DNA of 64,000 bases. Source: Scyliorhinus canicula. Lineage: Eukaryota. Location: assembly GCF_902713615.1 (NCBI RefSeq), contig NW_024055843.1:597065-661064 (forward strand), given 5' to 3'. Each line of letters begins with the position of its first letter. Within the stretch, counting starts at the first letter, position 1. Below, piece after piece: positions 1 through 9,322 of the stretch. The notes beneath the pieces were generated by a model. That model ran no database searches. It saw only the letters and a program-made list of their open reading frames with translations, and was not told the DNA's origin. The position numbers were made by a program, and so were the translations under genes.

Positions 1-168
1 GTAGCGACCCCATCAAACAACTAACACCCTCCCCATCCCTCCCTAACCCAACAACACCCATCAGTAATATTCCCCAACAATCCCTTATCTCTAAATCTCT
101 ACACAACATAATCCAACCACAACAATATTCTGAGCTCCTATTCACACGGTGTTTGGGACGAGGAGCGG

Positions 169-1780
169 CAGCCCCTCGCCGTCCCTCCCGTCAGCACCTC
201 GCCGTCCCTCCCGTCAGCACCTCGCCGTCCCTCCCGTCAGCGCCTCGCCGTCCCTCCCGTCAGCGCCTCGCCGTCCCTCCCGTCAGCGCCTCGCCGTCCC
301 TCCCGTCAGCGCCTCGCCGTCCCTCCCTTCAGCACCTCGCTGTCCCTCCCGTCAGCACCTCGCCGTCCCTCCCGTCAGCGCCTCGCCGTCCCTCCCAGTC
401 AGACCCTCGCCGTCCCTCCCGTCAGCGCCTCGCCGTCCCTCCCGTCAGCACCTCGCCGTCCCTCCCGTCAGCACCTCGCCGTCCCTCCCGTCAGCACCTC
501 GCCGTCCCTCCCGTCAGCGCCTCGCCGTCCCTCCCGTCAGCCCCTCGCCGTCCCTCCCGTCAGCGCCTCCCAGTCCCTCCCGTCAGCACCTCGCCGTCCC
601 TCCCGTCAGCGCCTCGCCGTCCCTCCCGTCAGCGCCTCGACGTCCCTCCCGTCAGCGCCTCGCCGTCCCTCCCGTCAGCGCCTCCCAGTCCCTCCCGTCA
701 GCACCTCGCCGTCCCTCCCGTCAGCGCCTCGCCGTCCCTCCCGTCAGCGCCTCGCCGTCCCTCCCGTCAGCACCTCGCCGTCCCTCCCTCGCCGTCCCTC
801 CCGTCAGCGCCTCGCCGTCCCTCCCGTCAGCACCTCGCCGTCCCTCCCGTCAGCACCTCGCCGTCCCTCCCGTCAGCGCCTCGCCGTCCCTCCCGTCAGC
901 GCCTCGCCGTCCCTCCCGTCAGCGCCTCCCAGTCCCTCCCGTCAGCCCCTCGCCGTCCCTCCCGTCAGCACCTCGCCGTCCCTCCCGTCAGCACCTCGCC
1001 GTCCCTCCCGTCAGCGCCTCGCCGTCCCTCCCGTCAGCACCTCGCCGTCCCTCCCGTCAGCACCTCGCCGTCCCTCCCGTCAGCACCTCGCCGTCCCTCC
1101 CGTCAGCGCCTCGCCGTCCCTCCCGTCAGCGCCTCGCCGTCCCTCCCGTCAGCACCTCGCCGTCCCTCCCATCAGCACCTCGCCGTCCCTCCCATCAGCA
1201 CCTCGCAGTCCCTCCCGTCTGCACCTCGCCGTCCCTCCCATCAGCACCTAGCCGTCCCTCCCGTCAGCGCCTCGCCGTCCCTCCCGTCAGCGCCTCGCCG
1301 TCCCTCCCGTCAGCACCTCGCCGTCCCTCCCATCAGCACCTCGCCGTCCCTCCCATCAGCACCTCGCCGTCCCTCCCATCAGCGCCTCGCCTTCCCTCCC
1401 ATCAGCACCTCGCCGTCAGCACCTCGCCGTCCCTCCCATCAGCACCTCGCCGTCCCTCCCATCAGCACCTCGCAGTCCCTCCCGTCTGCACCTCGCCGTC
1501 CCTCCCGTCAGCACCTCGCCGTCCCTCCCGTCAGCGCCTCGCCGTCCCTCCCGTCAGCGCCTCGCCGTCCCTCCCGTCAGCGCCTCGCCGTCCCTCCCAT
1601 CAGCACCTCGCCGTCAGCACCTCACCGTCCCCTCCCGTCGGCACCTCGCCGTCCCTCCCATCAGCACCTCGCCGTCCCTCCCGTCAGCACCTCGCCGTCC
1701 CTCCCGTCAGCACCTCGCCGTTCCTCCCGTCAGCACCTCGCCGTCCCTCCCGTCTGCACCTCGCCGTCCCTCCCATCAGC
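169..1780. repeat. 23-bp GC-rich minisatellite, about 70 copies of TCGCCGTCCCTCCCGTCAGCACC
   Basis: Tandem units visible directly, with variants (GCGCC/GCACC, CCCA/CCCG, CAGT). Copy number is span divided by 23. Confidence 0.97.
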
Positions 1781-2653
1781 TAACCTCATCCTGAGCTGGG
1801 AGGCTCTCCACTCAACCATAGACTCAAAGAAAAACTCTTACACAGATATAATTCACAATGCAACCAGAGTGCGAAGAAGAAAAAGTACAACACGTCTGAT
1901 ACCCAACATTAACTTCATACCCTAAATTTTACACAATGTAAAAACTCCTGAACCTCAAAACACAGAGTAACTCTGATATATCCAGACAAACACAGTAACT
2001 CTGATATATCCAGACAACACAGTAAGACTCCTGAACGTCACAACACAGAATAACTCCAATAAGGAGAATCAAACAGAGTTCTAATTGAGATTCTGAACAA
2101 AGTAATTTGCCTCTTCAGGAGAGTTGAAGGTCCTTTTCCCTGACACACAGAGGCAGGCTGGATAGATCGAGCCAAATCAGAGAAACGTTTATGTAAAATG
2201 GATTTCACCCCGTTAAAGGCTGCCCCCTTTTCTTCACCAGGTTCGCACTCAGGTCCTGCTGTAACCGAACGGAGAGGCCTTCCCAGTGCTCCCTGGCCCA
2301 GCAAAGGACCTGTTCCTCCTTCTTAAAATTATGGAACTGAACAATAACCGCATGCGGGGGTCCCCAGCACGAGGTGTCGATCGCAATGAACGAGGTGCAT
2401 GATCCGGGGGGAGGGAGAGCAGACTTTCACCCATCATTTTCAAAATCATGTTGGTAAAATATTCCGTGGGGGTTTGCCCTCCACCCCCTCAGTCAGACTC
2501 ATGATCTGGGTGTTCTGCCTCCGCGAACAATTTTCTAAGTCATTCAACTTAGCCCTTAGACTGTTATTAATTCCCACCACTGATGATAGACTGGTTTCTA
2601 ATGAAGAAATCCAATCGCTGTGATCAGATAAGGCAATTTCCATTGTGGAAACC

Positions 2654-3469
2654 TGACAGGGCCTAGTTTTGATCCCGATTAAATTGGATATCTTAAAGAA
2701 TTGAACACTCTAAATTAAACTGCAGTCCAAACCTCAGGCAGGCTGATGGGAATTCGGACTTGGCCAAAGTCAAAACACAACCCATAGACAAACTGCCAGA
2801 ACATGTCTGGAGCTGCCATGTCAATCACACATCAAGATATCATTGCTCCTTTCATACACACCGATTTGTTTTGGGTAGCCCAGACCGAGCCAGATTCTCG
2901 GGCACCCACAGTTCCTGCCGTTGGCTTATGCAACAGGTTCTGTGCAGCAGCACCACCGGAGATGGACACTTGGGGGCGGGCCCCGGTGTCCTGTCACATG
3001 GACATCAAGAAACCCAGTGGGTGTTTGGACCCCCTCCAGAGACCTCATTGGCCGGAAGCCAGAGATGTTTCTGGAAAGGTGGGGAGGGAGGGGGATAAAG
3101 GTAGATGCCCCAAAACACACCAGTGGCGAAAACTCCACGCAGAGGCAATCGAGACGTCTGACCAGAGGTTGAAACAAGCAGCGTGTGAGACCCACCTTCA
3201 CAACGACGGACCTGAAAGATTCAGAGAATCAAACCCACGTCTCAACCGGAGTCATCTTTACGGGTAGTAAAACCAATCTTGGGAATCTTTGGTAAATGTT
3301 ATTGAGTTAACTTAAGGGTAAATATTGTTGTTTAATAAAGTTAGTTTGATTTTATATTGTGTAGTCCTTTGTTTGCCTCGACAATAAAGACATTTGGGTA
3401 AAACCTTTGACTCATACACTGGTTGAAAGTGTCAGAGAAGATTTTACAGATACAACACCGTATTTGTAA
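2654..3469. mobile_element. About 0.8-kb LTR-like insertion splitting L1 ORF1
   Basis: L1 ORF1 reads through (..GSQ|VSTMEIAL..) if this segment is removed. Short CTG duplication at 2653-2655 and 3470-3472. Starts with TG, two AATAAA near the right end, but no clean CA terminus. Confidence 0.4.
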
Positions 3470-3859
3470 CTGGGATCCAGGTGCTTCTTGAATTTTGCCC
3501 ATATTTTCGATTTTCACGGACATATAAGCAAGAGATTCATCCACTGACATCTTCAGCTCCTCTGCCAAACTCTAACGGTGTTTTCCTAATTCAGCCGTTC
3601 CAATGCGGCTGCTGTCGGCAGCGTGTTCAGCGTTGGAGAAGGAGGACTCGCCCCCGCCATCTTGCAGCCCGCCGAGTCCTGCGAAGCCTCAGAGTCCCAG
3701 GAGTAAGTGCGGCCCGCTTCTTTTCCATTCTTCTTTCTCGGCATTATCTTGAAGTTTGTGTATTTGTCTGTCGAGTATCATAGAATTTACAGTGCAGAAG
3801 GAGGCCATTCAGCCCATCGAGTCAGCACTGGCTCTTGGAAAGAGCACGCTACCTTTTGT

Positions 3860-4135
3860 AAATCCATGCTGACTTTGTCCGATTACACCACTGCTTTCCA
3901 AATGCTGTGCTATGAAATCCTTGATAATGGACTCCAGCAACTTCCCTCCTACTGATGTCAGGCTCACTGGTCTATAGTTCCCTGTTTTCTCTCTACCTCC
4001 CTTTTGAATAGCGGGATTACATTCGCTATCCTCCAATCTGTAGGAACAATTCAAGAGTCGACAAGAATTTTGGAAAATTACCACCATTGGATCTCCTATT
4101 TCCAGAGCTACTTCCTCAACTAGTTTGGGATGAAG
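3860..4135 (-). mobile_element. CR1 LINE reverse-transcriptase fragment
   Basis: GNYRPVSLTSVGGKLLESII...SQHGFTKG motif in ORF 3809..4087. Confidence 0.85.
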
Positions 4136-4149
4136 ATTATCAGGTCCTG

Positions 4150-4562
4150 GAGATTTTATAGACGGATATAGATAGTCTCAGAGATTGGGCCAAAATTTGG
4201 CCGATGGAGTTTAATGTAGATAAGTGTCAGGTTATCCATTTAGACTGAAAAATAGAAAGGACAATTATCTGAATGGAAGCAGATTCAAGATGTGTTGGAC
4301 AGAGGGATCTGGGTCAATTTGTGGAACTCGCTGCCCCATAGTGCAGTGGAATTTGAGTCATTAAATGGTTTGAAGAAGAAGATACATAGATTTCTGATTA
4401 TAAAAATGGATTAAAGGGATATGGGGAACAGATGGGGAGGTGGATTTGAGACGAGGAACAGATTGGCCGTGATCTGATTGAATAGCGGAGCGATCTGATT
4501 GAATAGCGGAGCAGGCTTGAAGGGCCGAATTGTGTACTTCTACGAATTCTTATGTTCCTATG
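4150..4562 (+). mobile_element. CR1 LINE 3' fragment with internal deletion
   Basis: W..EFNVDKC.VIH-type coding relic, followed by a CR1 3'UTR ending in TTCTTATGTTCCTATGT. Confidence 0.8.
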
Positions 4563-4788
4563 TACTGTCCAAGATAAAATTAATGTATTACATCTGCTCC
4601 GGTGGATCATTTTAGTGGAAATGTGCTCTCGCTCAAAGACTATCAGCCGACTGGAGTGAACATTGGAAGACTGGCCAGCCCACAGAGAAACCTTCTGATC
4701 TCCCACTTCACCAACTGTCATAATGACCATGGTTCAATCCTGGATGTGATAAAGAGCAGCAGAAATCAGCAGAATACAACCCCTGTAA

Positions 4789-5547
4789 TTACTTGTGAAC
4801 TCGCTGGTGTTTCTGCAGGTAGGATGTACTACTGAATCCTTTCCCACACACGGAGCAGGAAAACGGCTTCTCCTTAGTGTGAACTCGCTGGTGACTGAGC
4901 AGGTTGGATGAATTAACAAATCCCTTCTGACACACAGAGCAGGTGAATGGTCGCTCCCCAGTGTGAAGTCGCTGGTGTGTTACCAAGTTGGATGAATTAA
5001 CAAATCCCTTCTGACACACAGAGCAGGTGAATGGTCTCTCCCCAGTGTGAAGTCGCTGGTGTGTTACCAAGTTGGATGAATTAACAAATCGCTTCCGACA
5101 CACAGAGCAGGTAAACGGCTTCTCCCCAGTGTGAATTCGCTGGTGTGTTACCAAGTTGGATGAATTAATAAATCTCTTCCTGCACACTTTGCAGGTGAAT
5201 GGCCTCATTGCGGCGTGAACTCGCTGGTGTGTCAGCAAGTTGGATGAATTAGTAAATCCCTTCTCAACCACTGAGCAGGTGAATGGCTTCTCCTCAGTGT
5301 GAACCCCCTGGTGTGTCAGCAGGTTGGATGAATCTATGAATCCTTGCCTACACACTGAGCAGGTGAATGGCGTCTCCCCGGTGCGAACTCGCCGCTGTGT
5401 CAGCAGGTTGGATGAAACAGTAAATCCCTTCCCACACTGAGAGCAAATGAACAGTCTCTCCCTGGTGTGAGTACGTCGATGAGTTTCCAGCACAGACGGG
5501 AAAATGAATTCCATCCCACAATCCCCACATTTCCACGGTTTCCCCAT
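4789..5547 (-). CDS. C2H2 zinc-finger protein ZNF-A, 9 fingers (2 degenerate), no KRAB seen
   Basis: MGKPWKCGDCG start (ATG at 5547), TGE(K/R)PF linkers, TAA at 4789-4791. Terminal-exon acceptor TTTAACAG|G puts the exon start at 5691. Finger 2 lacks both His and finger 4 lacks its second Cys. Confidence 0.85.
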   Translation of the reverse strand: MGKPWKCGDCGMEFIFPSVLETHRRTHTRERLFICSQCGKGFTVSSNLLTQRRVRTGETPFTCSVCRQGFIDSSNLLTHQGVHTEEKPFTCSVVEKGFTNSSNLLTHQRVHAAMRPFTCKVCRKRFINSSNLVTHQRIHTGEKPFTCSVCRKRFVNSSNLVTHQRLHTGERPFTCSVCQKGFVNSSNLVTHQRLHTGERPFTCSVCQKGFVNSSNLLSHQRVHTKEKPFSCSVCGKGFSSTSYLQKHQRVHK

Positions 5548-6391
5548 GGTGTGTCTCGGTGCTTTTCCAGTCACACGGATGGTAAAACGGCCGATGGTTT
5601 CCCCCGTGCTAACGAATCGAGTGTCTCTGTTAGATCTCAATGTGAAGTTTGGTTTGAGATTTCTTGCTGCAAATCTTCCCCTTTGAATATCCTGTTAAAG
5701 GAGTTTACAAATGTCATCACGGTCAGTACAGCTCAGAAATTCAGAACAGACAATTCTAGTTGCAGTGGAACATGCTTTCCTCGCTCGTTCCCCAAAAGCT
5801 GTAAATTTCCACGCACGCATCTGTACAAACTCACACTCTCTCTCTCTTGGTCCGTCCATTCTCACTCCATATTCACCCTCCCTATTCTCCTGAAGCTGCT
5901 AATTCATGTTGATCAACAGATCGACACTCAGCATTTCCTGATCTTGACCAAGATATTGTGACATCCCAAGAAATAGGAGCAGGAGACGGTCATTCAGCCC
6001 ATCAAGTCTGCTCCACCATTTAATAAGTTCATGGCTGGTCTGATACTAATCTCAAATCTTCAATTCCAGGGAATAAATATGGTGCAGAATTTGATGGTTA
6101 ATATCAGCTGATGGACAGAAGAGAAATGATCTCGAGTGCAGGAAAAACAATTCCTGACCATGGGAAGATAAAGATGGTAAATCAGCAGCACATAGCCAAG
6201 GGATGGGCTGCAGTGACAACTTCATTCAGACACATTGGAAGAAATAACAGTAAAATACTAAACATGGTTAAAATAAATACCCTATTAGAGGCAGAAGTTG
6301 AACAATGGCAGAGAGGTGATGAGGGAGGGCAGAGCTGAAACAGAGCAATGTGTGAACTTGAATTCAGATCCACAGTAAAGGAGACAAACCT

Positions 6392-6614
6392 GGGCAGCAC
6401 GGTGGCGCAGTGGTTAGCATTGATGCCTACGGCGCTGAGGACCCGGGTTCGAATCCCAGCCCTGGGTCACTGTCCGTGTGGAGTTTGCACATTCTCCCCG
6501 TGTCTGCATGGGTTTCGCCCCCACAACCCAAAGATGTGCAGGTTAGGTGGATTGGCTACGCTGAATTGCCCCTTAATTGGAAAAAAAAATTGGGTACTCT
6601 AAATTTATAAAACA
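6392..6614 (+). mobile_element. tRNA-derived V-SINE (HE1-like), A-tailed subfamily, 15-bp TSD
   Basis: A box TGGCGCAGTGG, B box GGTTCGAATCC, V-domain core. TSD AAAGGAGACAAACCT at 6377-6391 and 6615-6629. Confidence 0.93.
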
Positions 6615-7004
6615 AAAGGAGACAAACCTGTCCCAGAGCCCAGAAACCAGAGCACAGACAACAAAGCACAATTCTAAAAACTCTAAATTATAGATGAATG
6701 CTCAATAATACTCACTTCTGGAACAATTTCACGGATTTCAAATGTAAAACCTCCTATGGAGTCTGCAGCTGCAAAGATATCAGAAGCACTGGAATCAGAG
6801 AAAAATCACAGTTTTCAAATCTTCTAACTCCCTGTAAAATGAGATTACAAGAGTCATGTGTCAATTGTGGTCAGAGAGTAACATTTTTTCTTTATCTCAG
6901 ATTGCTGTGTGTAAATCCTCCCCATCTATCTCCCTGTAAACGGAGTTTCCAAAGTCCAAGATATAAATTCATAAAAACTCTCTCCCCATTTCCTGGCCTA
7001 GGAT

Positions 7005-7500
7005 TACTATGGGATACACTTACATTGGAAGCAGTTCAGACAAGGGTCACTAAGCTGATTCCTGGCATGAAGGGGTTTGTTTTATGATGGAAAGGTTGGC
7101 CAGGGTGTGCATATACTGATTGTATTTTAGATAAATGAAAGGTAATCTTACAGCAGCAGAGAGGATTCTGAGGGTGCTTGACAGGTGCTGAAAGGATGTT
7201 TCTCCTCAACAGGGAATCTTCCACTGCAAGGAAAGTTTAAAAATCAGTGTCTAAGACAGAAATGAGGAGAAATTGCTTCTCTCAGAGGGCCAGTAGCCGG
7301 TGGAATTCTCTGCCCAGTGAGCAGTGGAGGCGTGGCCATTGAATTTATTCAAGGCTGCATTATACACCATTTTTACTGGCAGGGGAGTAAAAGGTGAGGA
7401 AGGTTCATTGTCTGAAGGAAAATGGAGTTAAGACAATGATCAAATGAGCCACAATTGTCCGAATGGCCTCTTACTGCTAATAATTCTGATAATCTTATTC
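7005..7500 (+). mobile_element. Degenerate CR1 LINE 3' fragment
   Basis: EAVQTRVTKLIPGMKG motif and a CR1-like 3' end; ends approximate. Confidence 0.75.
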
Positions 7501-7990
7501 TTCTGTTATTGGGATGGGCGCACATGCGCTTTGCAGCAATTCCCCTCCCCCCGCCCTCACCCTGAAGAGGGCGCCCGTTCTCCCGGACCATTCAATCAAT
7601 GAGTCAAACATTTTCTCTCCTGGTCACCAGAACCCTGAAGCTCCTCCTACTTTCCGTGACGGCACCAAGATGGCCGCTCATGCGCTCTGCTCCCCGCTGA
7701 ACGAAGATGGGGACAATGGAACTGGGCCCGATCTGGATAAAAGCCCATCAGCTGCAAACACGGGGCCTGCAGGGTCTCTTCCTGCCGAGGGCCTTTCCCG
7801 GGTGTTTATGAAGCCTCCGCTCCCTCCCTTCCCCCCGGTTCCCGGCTCCATTCCTCCCTCCGTCCCACCGCCGCTCACCCGCGGAAACAGCCCCTTCAGC
7901 GCTCGCAGAGCTTCGAGCAGGATGACAGTGCGCATGCTCCAGATACAATACTGCGCCTGCGTACTGGGCTCCTGTGGAATGAATAGGGCA
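7500..7990 (-). promoter_or_regulatory. CpG-rich promoter and non-coding first exon of ZNF-A
   Basis: NRF1-like GCGCA(C/T)GCGC motifs, YY1-like CAAGATGGCCGC, minus-strand splice donors at 7878 (GG|GTGAGC) and 7560 (GG|GTGAGG). Confidence 0.6.
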
Positions 7991-8509
7991 CATTCACCGC
8001 CGCAATGGATGTTGGGTAATATCAGCACCATTCAAACCTCAAACAACTAATACAAAATAACAATTTTGCCATTTGACCTCAACTAATTTTCAAAAATCAT
8101 AAATGATTATGAATTGATGATCTATATTACATGTGTCAGAGTTCTGTGTGTGCCTATGTCGAGGTTTTAAAGCTTTTCTACTGTTTCTTCTCTCTCTACC
8201 CTGCCGGTGCTAACTCTTGCTGGGTTCAATTGCAGTTACTGATTTCTCTCCCTGTTCATAATACTGAATATTCATTGTTTTGTTGAATGATAATGCACAG
8301 AGGGAAACCATTTGGCTCATCATATTGGCTAGCAGTGTCAGAACCTGATAGAGTTTAACTGAATATGTCTCCAGACCCCACCTACTGCACTGACTTTAAT
8401 AACAAAGGGCCAAGGGAGGATTCCGGTGTGTTCAGAGTGGGTGAATTGTGGAATTACAAAGAAAAGGTATTGATATCCTGAATCTTCAGAATTATCACTT
8501 GACTGGGAT

Positions 8510-8785
8510 AGAACATAGAACAGTACAGAACAGGCCCTTTGGCCCTCGATGTTGTGCCGAGCAATGATCACCCTACTTAAACCCACGTATCCACCCTGTA
8601 CCCGTAACCCAACAACCCCCCCCCCCCCTTAACCTTACTTTTTAGGACACTACGGGCAATTTAGCATGGCCAATCCACCTAACCCGCACATCTTTGGACT
8701 GTGGGAGGAAACCGGAGCACCCGGAGGAAACCCACGCACACACGGGGAGGACGTGCAGACTCCGCACAGACAGTGACCCAGCCGG
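8510..8785 (-). mobile_element. V-SINE, 5'-truncated, CR1-like (TTCTATG)n tail
   Basis: V-domain core GGAGGAAACCGGAGCACCCGGAGG on plus; tail GAACATAGAAC. Confidence 0.9.
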
Positions 8786-8869
8786 ATGTTTCAGCAATAA
8801 AAAAACTCCCATGTACTTGTCAGAGGCCATGCCCAATGGACCTGTTAAAGCCAAACCATTGTTCTACTG

Positions 8870-9094
8870 CAGTAAGAAGTCTTACAACACCAGGTTAAAG
8901 TACAACAGGTTTGTTTCAAACACGAGCTTTCGGAGCGCAGCTCCTTCTTCAGGTGAGTCACCTGAGGAAGAAGCAATGCTCCAAAAGCTCGTGTTTGAAA
9001 CAAACCTGTTGGACTTTAACCTGGTGTTGTAAGACTTGTTACTGAGTTCACCCCAGTCCAACGCCGGCATCTCCACATCATGGCTACCATCGAC
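8870..9094. mobile_element. Penelope-like element terminus as an inverted (head-to-head) pseudo-LTR dimer
   Basis: Near-perfect 161-bp palindrome 8877-9037 centred on 8957, followed by ATGGCTACCATCGAC, which I recognise as a likely PLE ORF start. Probable 10-bp TSD TGTTC(T/G)ACTG at 8860-8869 and 9095-9104. Confidence 0.75.
8921..8956 (-). ncRNA. Minimal type I hammerhead ribozyme motif (intact core)
   Basis: Minus strand reads UCAC-CUGAAGA-A-GGAGC-UGC-GCUCC-GAAA-GC-UC^GUG: full CUGANGA/GAAA core, 5-bp stem II, palindromic AGCU stem III, CAC/GUG stem I. Confidence 0.75.
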
Positions 9095-9247
9095 TGTTCG
9101 ACTGGGCTGGGCTTTATGTGATCAGGTCTCGGTTTTATGAACAAGGTCTGTACCAGACTGGAGCTGTGTGTTTGATTCTCCATAACAGTTGTAGTATCCT
9201 TAGCAAATACACACCATGACAGTTGTCCTACAATAGGGCACAGTAAA

Positions 9248-9322
9248 AAGTCTTACCACACCACGTTAAAGTCCAACTGGTTTGTTTCAAACACAAGATT
9301 TTGGAGCACTGCTCCTTCCTCA
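9248..9322 (-). mobile_element. Degenerate Penelope pseudo-LTR fragment (broken hammerhead)
   Basis: Homologous to the arm at 8877-8956; core positions mutated. Confidence 0.65.

Larger units (their letters stand above)
1..3770 (-). mobile_element. L1-clade LINE, 5' part (5'UTR, disrupted ORF1, inter-ORF spacer), running off the left edge
   Basis: ORF1p-like fragments on the minus strand: MAEELKMSVDESLAYMSVKIENMGKIQ (3341-3568), LRAKLNDLENCSRRQN (2446-2643) and AAFNGVKSILHKR (2038-2304). YY1-type CAAGATGGCGG in the 5'UTR at 3654-3664. Ends approximate. Confidence 0.75.

Noticed and set aside
169-1780. CRISPR-like array (also the 65-bp and 37-bp arrays)
   Set aside because: Head-to-tail repeats with no unique spacers, no cas genes, vertebrate genome
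149-1925. 544-aa and 590-aa Pro/Ser/Arg-rich ORFs
   Set aside because: They are translations of the stop-free 23-bp minisatellite: the same 23-aa repeat appears in several frames
5548-5640. N-terminal extension of ZNF-A from the ORF track (MRSNRD...)
   Set aside because: Starts at TTG in a frameshifted leader; the family-typical ATG is at 5547
6392-6465. tRNA genes at SINE 5' ends
   Set aside because: A and B boxes run straight into the V-SINE core with no acceptor stem; many dispersed copies with TSDs
5691-7990. KRAB-domain exon upstream of the ZNF arrays
   Set aside because: No KRAB-A-like peptide seen in any listed ORF; intron content is explained by SINE and CR1
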